Below, piece by piece: positions 45,515 through 62,285 of a stretch of DNA of 64,000 bases. Position numbers and translations under genes: made by a program. The stretch lies in contig CM035353.1 of NCBI GenBank assembly GCA_020137815.1, forward strand, positions 2,852,001 to 2,916,000, given 5' to 3'. The DNA is from Hormiphora californensis (Eukaryota > Animalia > Ctenophora). A model generated the notes under the pieces. That model searched no databases. It worked only from the letters and a program-made list of their open reading frames with translations, and was not told the DNA's origin. The stretch's first letter is position 1, and each line of letters starts with the position of its first letter.

Positions 45515-48500
45515 GCAATACCATTCTTGATACTCACAGAGACACATCTCAATTCTCTGATTCCTGATGATGAAATGGTGTTCCCCAGCTACAATCTTTA
45601 TCGGGCAGACCGAATTAATCGGAAACAAGGGGGAGTAGCTATTTATGTACACTCCGCCCTACTAGTTGGTGCTCACGAGAAGGTCTCGACATCTTTCTGT
45701 GAAGCAGGTATGGTGTACATTGAGTCGATCAACACCACTGTTATTGGTGTCTATAAGCCACCTCCCAACTTCTCCAAACCTGAACTCTCCTGTCCAGTAG
45801 AGCACTTTGAAAGTCTTTGTTCCCAGATTGTGAAGTTTGTGTCCAAATTCCCGTCATCAAACATCATTATTGCTGGAGATTTTAACCTCCCCTTTGTCAA
45901 CTGGGCAGATCTGAACATAACCACTGGTGGTAATGTAACGAGCTCTGAGAGGCAATGTGCCGAGCACCTCCTTCGGTTAAGAGAGGACCTCTTCTTGGAA
46001 CAAGTGGTAGAGGAACCTACTAGGAGGGGTAAATCGGACAACATTCTGGATCTTGTTTTTGTAAATAACGATCTGCTGGTCCAGGAAGTACTTGTAACGG
46101 GCACATCTCTCTCGGATCATGATCTGGTTACGGTAAAACTGAGAACCAGTGAATTGCCAGGTATATTTGAACATGGTACTCGTCCCCAGAGACCCCGTAC
46201 ACTCACCAGGAAGAACAGATGGGACCTGTTCTTAGCTGTTGACTCCACCCTTGCTGCTGGATCTCGCTCTGCAAATGCTAGGCGATACGATATATTAGGT
46301 ATCAGCCAGGGAATAACAGCCCCGGCTACATGGTTCCTGACACTAATGAAACCCGCCTCACCATCATCATTCATAAACACTATGTTTGACTCCCTTGATC
46401 TGATGAAGGCCGACTGGGACGCTATTAGGAGGGATCTAGCGCTGTTCTGCTGGGACGAAATCCTCGCCATGGAAGATCAAGACATGGCCTGGAATGAGTT
46501 CATAACTGTCATTGGGGAAATATGTGCTAAACATTCTCCCTACCGGGGACCTTCTGCTAAGAAGAGGAAACCCGCTATCCCCCGTGACCGAACCCTTCTA
46601 CTCAGGAAAAAAAGAATCTTGAATACTAGAGTAGCTGCTATAAAATCACAACACCCCGGGGATCTAGCCAAAATCAATGCACTCTACGAACAGCTAGGAG
46701 AAATTGAACTAAAGATGGGTGAAAGTATTAGATCTCAAGAACGAGGGCGTGAAAAGATAGCAGTCACCAAGATGAGGACCAATCCTAAAGCATTCCATGC
46801 ATTTGTCAATAGGAAGAAACCAAAATCAAGCCGGATCGGTCCTCTCCGTGACTCAGAAGGAAACCTTACGACGGACCCTGAACGCATGGCTAACATATTG
46901 CAGGAACAATACGTAAAGGTTTTTTCTTCCCCCTCAGCCGACTCGTTGCAGAACAACCCCAACGCTCAACCCAGTGCCAAGCTTCATGAAATAACAATCT
47001 CTGCCGAGGCCATAAGGAAAGCGATTGCGGATATTCCCATCTCATCTGCACCGGGTCCGGACAAGTTCCCTTGTCTTGTGCTGAAGGAGTGTGCCCCTGT
47101 ACTCGCCCCAATACTGTCCCAGCTATGGGAAGGTGCTTTTAACTCAGGGCAGACAGCGGCTATCTTCAAGCACCAAACTATCGTACCCATCTACAAGAAA
47201 GGGAATAGAGGACTCGCCTCCAACTACAGGCCAGTCTCGCTGACTTCTCATCTCTGCAAACTATTTGAAAGAGTTGTAAGAAAAGAGCTGGTTGGTTTTT
47301 TGGAGGAGCAAGAGGTAATCACCGGAGACCAACATGGATTTAGAGTTGGCAGATCTTGCCTTACTCAGTTGGTCGATCACCTGGACTCCGTACTCAAAGA
47401 CTTAGAGGCAGGCCATAATGTGGACGTGCTTTACGTCGATATGGCTAAAGCATTCGACAAGGTTTGTCATTCAAGACTCCTGACAAAGCTCGCCTCAGTG
47501 GGAGTGGGTGGAAATTTACTGACATGGCTGGAATCTTTCTTGGTGGGCCGCACCCAGTCCGTTGTGGTAGAAGGTAAACTATCAAGACCAGAAACTGTAC
47601 GGTCTGGAGTTCCCCAGGGAACAGTACTGGGCCCGATATTATTTTTACTCTATGTAAATGATATGCCAGATGTACTCCAGCACTCCAGCATGAAACTGTT
47701 TGCGGATGATGCTAAACTCCACAAAACCATTCGAGATGAATCAGATAGGTCCCTCCTACTCGATGATATAGAAAGAGTGAGTGAGTGGGCTGTCAAAAAC
47801 TCTATGGAACTCAACGCTGATAAATATCAGCTTCTCCAGCACGGAAAGAAGGATCTACTCAAGCAGCCCTACACACTACCAACTGGCACCACAGTCTTTG
47901 GAGACGCCACTGTTAGGGACCTTGGAATCACTGTGGATACTCATCTCAACTGGAAAGAGCACACTGCCCAGATAACTAAGACTGCAAATCAAGTATCTGG
48001 AAGAGTGCTAAGGGCATTTGAAACTCGAGACGAGGAAACCATGCTCACCTTATTCAAAACTTACATCCGACCTCATCTGGAATACTTGTCGCCTATTTGG
48101 TCACCCCACCAAATTGGTGAAATCCAAAGAGTAGAGGCTATCCAGAGAGCATTCACCGCGAAGATTGAGAACTGCCAGCTGCTCAATTACTGGCAGAGAC
48201 TCGACTACCTGAATCTCTACTCTCTCCAAAGAAGAAGAGAGAGGTACCGTATTCTGTACATGTGGAAAATTCTCAGAGGCATAGTTCCTAACCACCAAAA
48301 TCTTGTGTTTCGGAACTCCCCGAGAAGAGGTCCTTATGTGGAGCGCCCACTTGGAAAATCAGGACTCAAAAGCATTAACTCCACAATATTCCACTCCTGT
48401 ACATCTACTGCTGCCGCACTGTTCAATGCAACTCCAAAAATTGTGAAAGAACAGTTGACCCTCGAAGCAGCAAAGAAAGAACTTGATAACTTCTTAACTA

Positions 48501-48653
48501 AAATCCCAGATAACCCCCCTATTAAGGGTTACGGGACGCAGAACACCAATAGCATACTGGACTGGTGTCTGCAGAGGAACTACTGATACGAAAGTTGCTT
48601 CCCGGCTGATCCAGCTTAACCTTTTCGAAGGTAATCGAAGGTAAACTCTCTCT

Positions 48654-48694
<41 letters not shown>

Positions 48695-49406
48695 CTCTTT
48701 CTCTCTCCCTCACTCACAATTTATTATTCCCAGCCATCTCAACCCTTCATCCCCACGTGGTTATCTCTACAAGTTCTGACTAGACGCCATTTACATGGTT
48801 TTTTTTTTTTTTTTTTTTTCGTATCTTCTCCGCATCCATAGTTTTGCAAGGAGTTAACCTTTGTTTCGGTATCTCAAGGGCTGCCTTACAAAACATGAAT
48901 TCACCGCGCCCCATCTTGCCCTCTGTCTTTTCGACACGAACACTGCACAGCCCTGCTCTCTCCGTCACATGAGTATAGACTGCTAATTGAATATCAACAT
49001 TGATGGTTGCTCTTCAATCAAGAGTCGCACGAGAGAGCAGCGTGGTTGTACAGCTAGACAACATAGTTTGGGATGGCATTAGTTCCGACGGCACAACCTT
49101 ATACAGCGCTTGGCCAGCGCGGGGTGAACCTGCCAGGGCCGTCCCGACCACTCTCTTTTTTCAGAAAGAGCCTAAATTTTACGAGCTACGTACGGTAATG
49201 TGGGTCGGGACTGCACCCTAGCAGGTGTTGTAAAACGATAGAAGTAAGGGGGAGAGAGAAAGAGAGAGGGGGGAAGAGAAAGATAGAAAGAAAAGGATAA
49301 AATCAATATACACAATGTATAAGGACAAGATCCGATCCTGGCTGGCTCCCATTGACATATTAATAATATTATTATTATAATATTATTATGACAACAGCGA
49401 GAGGGG

Positions 49407-49500
<94 letters not shown>

Positions 49501-49635
49501 AGAGAGATAGTGCTGAGAGAAGAAGGTCTGGAAGGAGAAAAAGAGAGGAGGACAGAGCGAGAGATAAGGGAGGGAGAGGGACAAAGAGGGAGAGGGAGAG
49601 AGAGAGTGAGAAAGAGAGAGATAGAGGGAAAGAGA

Positions 49636-49729
<94 letters not shown>

Positions 49730-51468
49730 CCGCAGAGGTAAGGATGGGGGAAAACGAAAACAGTCCTCTAGGCTCAAATTGGTTGAACCAATAAATCTGA
49801 GACAATGGGTAAATTAGTTGAGAAAAGGGTTCAGTGCTGGAATGGACAGACTAGGGGATTACTAGGGAGAGACCTTGAGAACTGAGATAAGATGGTATCG
49901 TGCCACTGTCCTGAAAGTAATTAGGTTAAGGAGGGAGCCGGGGAGGAGAGTCAGCTGCAAAACTGCTGCAGATCTCGACGGGAAGATTAAAACAGAGAAA
50001 GAAGGGGGAGGTGCATGCAGGAACGAGTGCATGCAGGAACGAGTGGGAAAAGAAGAAAGGGCGGGGGAATTAGATGAAAAAAAGAAAAGGAGAAGTAGCT
50101 GAAAAGAAAGGTGTGGCTGAATAGAAATTCTTGCTGGAACATGAAGATGATCTGGAACAGTTGAGTGATGAATTTGTGATTTTCTCCAAATTTGCCCAAC
50201 CCAACATATATAATTCACATCAATTGATCAGACATAGAACGTGATCTGAGCGTGGTATGATATGCTGAGCAATGCCTCGGTGAGCTAGTGAGTGGACGGG
50301 AGGCTGAATTATAGGCCCCATGACACTCTCCGCTTAATGACAGTTCCATGGGGCCTATCTAGTGACTTCACTGTGGATGTGAAGGTGGCTGAGAAATGAA
50401 GGTGGCCGGGGGCTGCTCACCAACAGTAACATGCGATAAACGTGCTAAGTCAGCGACACAAAACCATATAATTATGGACGGTACACTAATATAGTGTACT
50501 ACTCAGTTCTACTCTCCCGCAATCTCTTAATCAACCAAAGCTTTGAATTTTGAACATTATGTAAAAACTGCAAATTCATTATGAGTCATTTGTAGTGCGT
50601 TTATCAGTTGCATTGATTATAGTTAAACAATAAACATAGAGTTCTTATCCTGTTCAAATGTGTAGATTTGTAGTTGGTTTGGTGGTTCAGATACAAAGAC
50701 AAGGGAGGTAGGGTGGTTCATGAGACGGTAACTCGATCGCCACACAGTTCATATCATCTGGGATATCTTACCCCTTGCGTCATCCCAGTCACGCACAATC
50801 TCGCTATAATTGTCACTCTGTCAAATCGACAGTTTCGATTATAGGAGCATTCCGGATCGCACCCTTGTCCAGCCAGATAGAGGTGTTGGTTTCACCTAGT
50901 CTTGGACTAGCTCTCTTGACAGTACTAACTAGACAATCTACAAACCGAGAACGAGTGCTTGAGAGTTGAGGAGTGAGAACTGACCCCGTCGACGACAGAC
51001 ACTATGACCGATTTTCAGTCCTTCGGGGCGTGCTCTTATTACCCTTTCTATTGCATCCCCTGCATGTTTAAATCTTGACACTGTGCGAAGGACAGAGTCA
51101 CGCTAGCTTTATACTTTTTCCGGCTTCACGTGCTTCCTACACACGTATCCGTGTCGGTCAACTCAGACTGTCTGTCTGATGTGATCGTGATCACTGGTCG
51201 GCATCCCGTCCTACTCCCCAGGATGTAGGGATCTAGAACCAGCCCAAATCCCTTCCATAGTTCTGCCTCTCTTCTCAATCTCAAACTGAAATCTTACACT
51301 TTTCAAAATCCCTTTATATCTGAAGTGTTGACAATATGGTGGTACTGAGCACCTGCGTCTCCTTCGGGTCTTTCATATAGATATTATAATAACACGGTGC
51401 CGACAGTAGCTGGCTGCTTAGTGGCAAGACCGTAGTCCTACCAAACCAAACCAAACCAGAGAGAGAGA

Positions 51469-51535
<67 letters not shown>

Positions 51536-54500
51536 TGAGAGAGAGAGAGAGAGTGTGTGTCTGAAGATGCATAGGACCACACCCCCTCTTATATATAATG
51601 TAGTGCGTGTACTAGACCAATTACATAGAAGGGGGCAAGTAGTATTAGAATCAATAAAGCTACATCCCAGCGAGTCTCAGTTTATACTATCTAGTTCCCT
51701 GAATAATGCACAATGCACAGAAGTCGGAATATAAAATCAAGATCAATAGAATACCGAAGAAATGCGCTTGTACCCACAGAGATATGTCATCAATTACCCC
51801 CCAATTACCTCTAGATGGTGATCACTGCTGACTTCCATCCCACTCTCCTCCAGAGTCTGACGGACCACTTCGTTTGCAGCGTTGCAGATCTCCTCGAGCT
51901 CTTTAGCTAGTGAATAAGGCTCCTGTTCAGCAGTAGTGGTGGATGGTGTTGCTACCGGTGTGGGCGTTACCACCTGCCAAGGGGCGAGCTAATTAGCTAA
52001 TTAGTTAATGAGCAAAGTAACTAATTAATTAGTTAATAAGCAAAGGAATTAGAGAACATGAGTTGTTTCCTTGTTTTGGAAAACCAAGTTCCCGACAGAG
52101 GTGATGCATTACCTGCTCGACAGTGGTAGCAGTAGCGGGTTCAAGAGGGGGAGGTGGAGGGCTCTGTTCCGTCCTGTGATACAGTGTTGGTCCCATCACT
52201 GTGTCTCGCCCACCACCACCAGATTCCCTTCCTCCCCCTCCTACTACTGGGGTGTCACTGGGTGTGCTGGATGTAATGGGAGACGATGATGCAGATCTCA
52301 CTGAAAGGGGGTGGGGTGGTTTAGTATAGAGGGGGGGGGGCTGGTTTAGTTAGGGGCTGGTTTAGTTGGGGGGGGGGGGGGGTTGGTGGAGTATAGAGGG
52401 GGGCTGGGGGGCTGGAGTATAGAGGGGGGAGTATTATAGAGGGGGGCTGGTTTAGTTAAAAAGAGGGCGTTAGGGAGTTAAGTTAAAAAGCAGGGGATAA
52501 ATGATAGCGTTCAGGATTTTGAGATCATACGTCATTTGACAGCACGAAATGACACTCCCCATTTTTTACACCATTCCGCAGCTTTGAGCAAGATTCCAAG
52601 GGGGCGGGGGAGTCAGATCAGTAAGTGTACCTGCTACAGATGTTGAAAGATAGTCTGTGACCTCGGTGATGGACAGGAGACAGGAGGAGAGGATGGCGCT
52701 AAGACGGTTACTTGGTAGGACCTGCCCGGCGCTGTTCCACCGGCTCATCTCAAGCTGCATAGCTGCTTCCATGTGGCCGTCATGGTATAGCTGACTGGGG
52801 GGGGGGAGGGGGTTAGTTAGAGTGTGGCCGTCATAGTATAGCTGACTGGGGGGAGAGGGGGTAGTTAGAGTGTCATGGTATAGCTGACTGGGGGAGAGGG
52901 GTTAGTTAGTCATGGTATAGCTGACTGGGGGAGAGGGGTTAGTTAGTCATGGTATAGCTGACTGGGGGAGGGGGGAGGGGGTTAGTGGCCGTCATGGTAT
53001 AGCTGACTGGGGGGGGGGAAGGGGGTTAGTTAGAGCGTCATGGTATAGCTGACGGGGGGGGGGGGGGGGGAGAGAGAGGGTTAGTTAGAGTGTCATGGCC
53101 GTCATGGTATAGCTGACTGGGGGGGGGGGGGGGAGGGGGTTAGTTAGAGTGACCAACTTACAGTCAGTGTCAGTCAAGAATTAGTTCAACTTTATCGGTC
53201 AGTACTTTTGGTCAGTTTAGGGCAGGTATTTCTGTAAGTAATGAAATCCTTCAGACGAGAGTCTTGTCCAGGCCCGGTACGATGTGCGAGAGCCGACTGA
53301 TACTTGTGATGTTCTTAAACCCTTCTTTACGGGGCACGCCAAACACAGTCTAGCTAGGCAAACTGATACAATGTATGTCAGCTATCACACTTGACATACA
53401 TAATGTGTACATTCAATGTACACATTATGTACGTCAAGACGTTTAAGAGCTGACATACATTGTACTACATTGTCATTTATATGCTATATTAGCAGCTAAT
53501 GCAGTAGTCAATACAATGTCAAGTGTTGTGTACTCCGGTGTACTAGCAGCTAATGTCAAGTGTGTGTCAATGTATAACCACAAAAGGGATCAATATAGAT
53601 ACATGCATGCTCTATCAGGGCATTGGCCTGACCCATTCTCGTTTCTCGGAGCGTGCGAGAACTGTGGTCAGAGCATTGGCCTGACAGTGCATGCTCTATG
53701 TCTGTAAATTCTAATTGTATTACTTGAGTTCACAAATTAGTACTTACTTCGCTTCTAAAATACATTCACCATTGTACACTTTTGCAGTGTACATTGTACA
53801 CTCTTGCAGTGTACATTGTACACTTTTGCAGTGTACTGTTGTATTTTATAATATAATTAGCGTACATTGTACACTAGATTGCGAGATGTGGTTTGTTCAA
53901 ACCCAAACAGGGTCAAGTAATTGAGATACTGTTATACAGTCTAGACTAATTACAGCCCAATTAAATCAGTGTTTGCAGAAGAGAGTTTAAATGATTTTAT
54001 TTATCAAATCAAATCAAATCAACACACATTTTTATCAGCGAATCAGCTAGTTCGGGGCTAGTTCACACAAACAAACAAACAAACAAACAAACAAACAAAC
54101 ACCCAAATAAACAAACAAACAAACAAAAAAAACACCCAGTTAAACAAACAAACAAATCAACAAACAAACAAACAAACAAACAAACACCAAAACAAACAAA
54201 CACCAAAACAAACAAACACCCAAACAAACAAACAAATACCCAAACAATCAAACAAACAAATCAACAAACAAAAAAACAAACACCCAAATCAACAAACAAA
54301 CAAACAAACACCCAATTAAACAAACACCCACACAAACAATCAAACGACCAAACGCCCAAACAAACAAACAAAAACCCAAACAAACAAATACCCAAACAAA
54401 CAAACAAACAAACAAACAAACAAATATCCAAACAAACACCCAAACAAACAAACACCCAAACAAACACCCAAACAAACACCCAAATAAACCAACAAACAAT

Positions 54501-54635
54501 CAAACCTACCTGATAATAAGATAATAAGATAATAAACCCAAACAAACAAACAAAGAAACACACAAACAATCAAATCTACCTGATAATAAGATAATAAAGG
54601 TATTGTTTCTCAGTTGGGAGGGTTGACTGCTGCAT
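33429..54635 (-). CDS. Divergent homeobox protein with N-terminal CstF-50-like (LisH-like) dimerisation domain, 9 coding exons, 438 aa
   Basis: Exons 54635-54580, 52794-52631, 52300-52113, 51973-51809, 39364-39188, 35708-35582, 35139-35076, 34253-34094 and 33644-33429 total 1317 nt and all phases match. Homeodomain RRHRTRFNDDQ|VAAMERYY..GLTHDTIMLWFQNKRARDKRR. The link across the 12.4-kb intron rests on phase-0 compatibility and similar S/T/P-rich composition. Confidence 0.8.
35463..35571. mobile_element. MITE family B
   Basis: 8-bp TSD ATATACTC. Confidence 0.92.
35744..38981 (-). mobile_element. 5'-truncated CRE-clade non-LTR retrotransposon (RT plus restriction-like endonuclease), interrupted by a DNA element
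   Basis: ORF 38963-36781 continues at 36064-35848. RT motifs IRPIGIGE, QGD and YADD; CACG..H..C knuckle; RLDI..FDVRI..KK..Y..FTPLVMSTTGG. 15-bp TSD TGGTTTGAAAAAGGG at 35729-35743 and 38982-38996. Confidence 0.9.
36065..36780. mobile_element. Non-autonomous TIR DNA transposon inserted in the CRE ORF
   Basis: 12-bp TIR TTGGTAACGAAG / CTTCGATACCAA (11/12 match). 9-bp TSD CCAAGGCCC at 36056-36064 and 36781-36789. Excision restores GGLGREFNK. Confidence 0.88.
41278..42918. repeat. 34-35-bp minisatellite (~47 copies) with a 792-bp higher-order duplication
   Basis: Unit cctaactcacccccttccccaggtcatcctgcct. Diagnostic variants recur 792 bp apart (41621/42413 and 41701/42493). Confidence 0.95.
42965..43335. 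repeat. ~27-bp degenerate minisatellite (also at 41160-41275)
   Basis: Unit approximately ggagacaaggtgacaggggttacagtg. Confidence 0.85.
45511..48645 (+). mobile_element. CR1/L2-group LINE ORF2 (APE endonuclease plus RT), slightly 5'-truncated, open to the stop at 48586
   Basis: Motifs LTETHL, GGVAIYV, GDFN, LDLVF, SDH, PGPD, NYRPVSLTS, QHGFR, KAFD, SGVPQGTVLGP and LFADD. 3' tail (TCGAAGGTAA)x2. Both flanks are (CT)n. Confidence 0.95.
52773..53150 (-). repeat. Eight copies of homeobox exon-2 acceptor plus exon start
   Basis: Minus-strand unit ctaactaacccctctcccccag|TCAGCTATACCATGAC. Confidence 0.9.
54065..54572. repeat. Degenerate (CAAA)n microsatellite in homeobox intron 1
   Basis: Visible directly. 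Confidence 0.9.
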
Positions 54636-56082
54636 TTCGCATTTATCGAGCAGCTTTCATGCTAAAACAAAGGGCATTATAATTTGAGGGATTCATCATA
54701 ACATGACAGTGTATAATTAATGGCTGGGGAAGGGAAGCTACACAGCAGGTACAGCAGAGGAAAATAATGTAGAGAAGGCATATAAATTGAAGGATATGTG
54801 GGGGGGGGGGGCAGAGGAAAAAGAAGGTATAAAAATTGAAGGATATCGGGGCGCAGAGGAAAATACTGTAGAGGAGGTATATAAATTGAAGGGTATCGGG
54901 GCGCAGAGGAAAATAATATAGAGAAGGTAATAAATTGAAGGATATCGGGTGGGGGGGGGGGGGGCAGTTAGTCGTCATGGAATGATGGGTATCTCATGGG
55001 GGGGGGGGGGGGCTAGACACAATGGGAGCACGAGTTCAATAACGAACAGAATGAGAAAGGGAGGGAGATAATCGGGAGATAGACATAAAATGGGGAGGAT
55101 GATATACATTATATATAAGAGAAAGATATGGGAGATAGATTGTAGAGGGATATAGGGACTCGAGGGGAAGTTGGTAATTAAATAACCCCTCCACGCGCGA
55201 ACGCCCCTGAGTAAATGGGTGACTTCGTAAGTCGTAACCAAGAGAGGGAGGTAGATATGATTGAGAGATATATAGTAGAGGGATAGATAGGGAGAGGGAT
55301 GACACAAAAAAAAGAAAAAGGTTATAGAGGGAGGTCGAACGAGTGTGTGTGGGGCAGATAAAGAAGGTACGGAGAGAAGATAAAATATGTTTATAGTTCT
55401 CCTGGGACGGTGTATATTGTTTTGTGACAGGGGTTGAAAGTTATCGACACTTGACTCTCTCCAGACGAGTGAAGAAATATCAAATTTGCCTTCAGAAGGA
55501 CGGCCCACGGGGGGGGGGGGGGGGGGGGATCACTAATTTATTTAAACACAACGTTTTTTTGTAATCGCTATATCAAATAGATTGGTTATATCATAAAAAC
55601 AGTCCTTTTGAAAAATGTTGGGGGTTCCAAAGAGAGGCATGAAGAGTGCGTTCTGAAGCCACCAATAGAAGTTGATCGACTAAATAATTCAGAATCACTG
55701 TAACTTGATTCAACTTGGCGGACTTCAGATGATTTCAGATTACACTGAATGTAAATGAAATCAAATTAACATTCCACATCCATTGGAACCCCCGAAAATA
55801 CTAAGTATATAATATCATCTCACTGTTAAATAGAGTACGAATGTGGTTGTATAAAAACACAAACTCTTAATATATATCTTAGTTCGCCATAATATTGTGT
55901 AGTAACTGTATACACTGCATGTACTTGTATTGCGTTACTCAGTATAAAATCTAATACCCAGAATACTACTTCCGCGTTTTCAATACAAACTCTTCTTTTT
56001 TTCGTCTTTTTTTCGTCTTTTTTTCGTCTTTTTTCTTCCTCTCTACTCTCTCGCTCTCTTTGTAAACATCACATATATGAGG

Positions 56083-56739
56083 CATAAACTCTGGCCACTG
56101 GCACGTTATTTCAGATACCTTTCTCCCAGCGCGCCGCTGGGAGAAGGTAGTTTATCCGCCAGTGGCGGATAAACTGGTTTAAATCACGACGACGATCCTG
56201 AGGCGTAGCCGAGGGAGAGGCGGAGGGGTTTAAACCAATAACGTGCCATTGGTCAGAGTTTATGGGTTATATACCCTGCTTTAGTTGTTTGTTTCAAGTA
56301 TTACACACTAACAAGAGAGAGAACACTAATCAAAACACACAAAGAGAACTGAGAAACAGTCAAAAACATCTCTCAATTGAGTGTATATTGTTTGGTAACA
56401 GTTACTAAGGAGAGAGAGAAAGAAATAACAAGATATGGGGCATGCCAGACATAACACAGAGGAATTGAGATAGTGAAACAAAAGGGGAGATAAAGAGAGA
56501 GAAATTGACGGAATGTGTTGTTTCTTTCTCTCCAATGCAGTGTGTAACTCTTGCAAACAGTGTTCCCTCTGTATTTCAGTAAGAACTGATCATTTACACA
56601 CACTTTGAATGTAACATAGGAGTTAATAATAAACAGCCAGCCAGTGGGAAATAATCTGCCGCTGGACTGGCTGTATATTGAGAGCGCGCCAGTGGGACTT
56701 CTCGCCGCTGGCGGGTTATTTAAGTTAGCAGGGTATATA
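56083..56739. mobile_element. Adjacent inverted-repeat elements
   Basis: Inverted repeats at 56083-56110 / 56237-56264 and TATATACCCTGCT / AGCAGGGTATATA at 56268 / 56739. Confidence 0.55.
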
Positions 56740-56995
56740 ATACGAAAAAAACTAACTAAATAAAAACTACATACTACTAAATATACTAATCGGTATCATA
56801 TATTTTATAGAACACGTCTTATCTTTTTAGGTTTGACTGGTATTGGTAGAAAAAACTTTGAGTTATTAATTAATGTGATGGTGTGAAAAAATATGTGTTG
56901 AGCATTACACTACAGAATGGTTAGTAGTAAAAGGCGTTTAAATATAGCACAAAAATGTGTGGTCACCAGTACCAATTTTACACATCAGATATATA

Positions 56996-57078
56996 CAGTC
57001 GGACCCCGATTTAACGGGCCTCGACTTACCGGGCAAAACCCTTTCCCCCGAGCATCCCGGTAAATCGGTGTCCGACTG
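56996..57078. mobile_element. MITE family A, internally deleted
   Basis: Same TIRs and TA TSD; 83 bp. Confidence 0.85.
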
Positions 57079-57172
57079 TATTATATATATATTTAAATAG
57101 CGTTACACCATTTATATTATACCCTTACGACTTACGTTAACACCACTATATAATATCACATAATGTATAACT

Positions 57173-57274
57173 CAGGAACCGACCGACACAAGTAAACAAC
57201 CAATCAGAACTCGTTATTTAGGTCACGTTATCAGCCAATCAGGGACCAGTATTTCCTTATTCGGTCGGTTCCTG
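57173..57274. mobile_element. MITE family B
   Basis: TSD GTATAACT/ATATAACT (7/8); small internal deletion. Confidence 0.88.
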
Positions 57275-57640
57275 ATATAACTTAACTCATGTTATCAGTT
57301 ATACATCCAGGAATATTGAAACGATTTCTTTTATAAAACGTGAAACTAGAAAAAACCCGCGACACATTATGTTGCTGGGATAACTCGTAATAGTTAAAGC
57401 CGTTAAAGCTTTATATAACGTTGTTGGCAGGACTGCCCACTATAATACTAGTAAAGGAATCACATTTGAGTTTGCCAGCGCAATGATACAAAAGGCGTTA
57501 AATAAGTGTTAAATAAAAGTATGTAAGGAAAAACATGAGGGATGCTGTATAATAGACGTCTGTATATATTGAGTGAAATTTAGCATGATATTATATGAAT
57601 AATGAATGTATTATCTCAGATTAACTCTGTTATATTATAG

Positions 57641-57749
57641 CAGGAACCGACCGAAACAAGTAAACAACCAATCAGAACTCGTTATTTAGGTCACGTGACT
57701 GGTTATCAGCCAATCAGGGACCAGTATTTCCTGATTCGGTCGGTTCCTG
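57641..57749. mobile_element. MITE family B (partial copies also at ~2480-2521, ~26815-26860 and ~40859-40933)
   Basis: Full TIRs; degenerate TSD. Confidence 0.88.
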
Positions 57750-58072
57750 TTATATAGTGTGTTACATATCATTGTACATATATGCCCCGTTAAAAATATC
57801 CCATCTTCTGTCCTTGGCACGATCAGTATTATGACTTATAAGGCCTGGCAATTACTACCAAAGGAGATATATGGCTTATAAGGCCATGGGAGGAGGTTAT
57901 TAACCCCCCCCCCCCCGCTTAGCCTCATTAAGTGGATTGTGTAATATAAAGTTACACACTGCACATAGTGTATTCCCTTGTGTACCAACTCAGGTTGTGC
58001 CTTGTTCGACCCTCTCTCTCTCTGCGAGGAGAGCATGACCCCTCAATATTCCTGATCCTATATCAAGTCAGC

Positions 58073-61859
<3,787 letters not shown>

Positions 61860-62208
61860 GATGGTAGAAAACTTTTTAATACATCGCTACATTTATAATA
61901 TATAGGGTTAGTTAGTTAATCAGTTAATAGCACACTAAGTGTATTCAGTAGTGTAATATAATAATGTAGATGTTTTGAGCATTGCACTAATGATCTTGGT
62001 TTTTCGGTTTGAAAATGGATAAATTCGAATGTATGTAACTGACAGATTGTGTGTACATTATAACCAATCAATATATCGTTAGACTAGTCGTGGCCACGTC
62101 TAATGATATTTTTAGAATCTCGAGCGCATAAAATAATGTATCTGATATGTTATACATAATGCAAGTTAGAACTATGTTAAATTGTGTAATGAAACCCACC
62201 GAGTTTCT

Positions 62209-62285
<77 letters not shown>

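Noticed and set aside
44833-45567. 244-aa hydrophobic ORF
   Set aside because: It is low-complexity pyrimidine-rich DNA with no motif.
53160-53340. Candidate first exon for the homeobox gene ending at GTAAGT 53161
   Set aside because: It gives no sensible frame. Exon 54635-54580 fits the phase and matches the paralogous domain.
52631-54635. Calling either dimer-domain gene CSTF1 itself
   Set aside because: No WD40 repeats follow. The downstream exons encode low-complexity linkers and DNA-binding domains.
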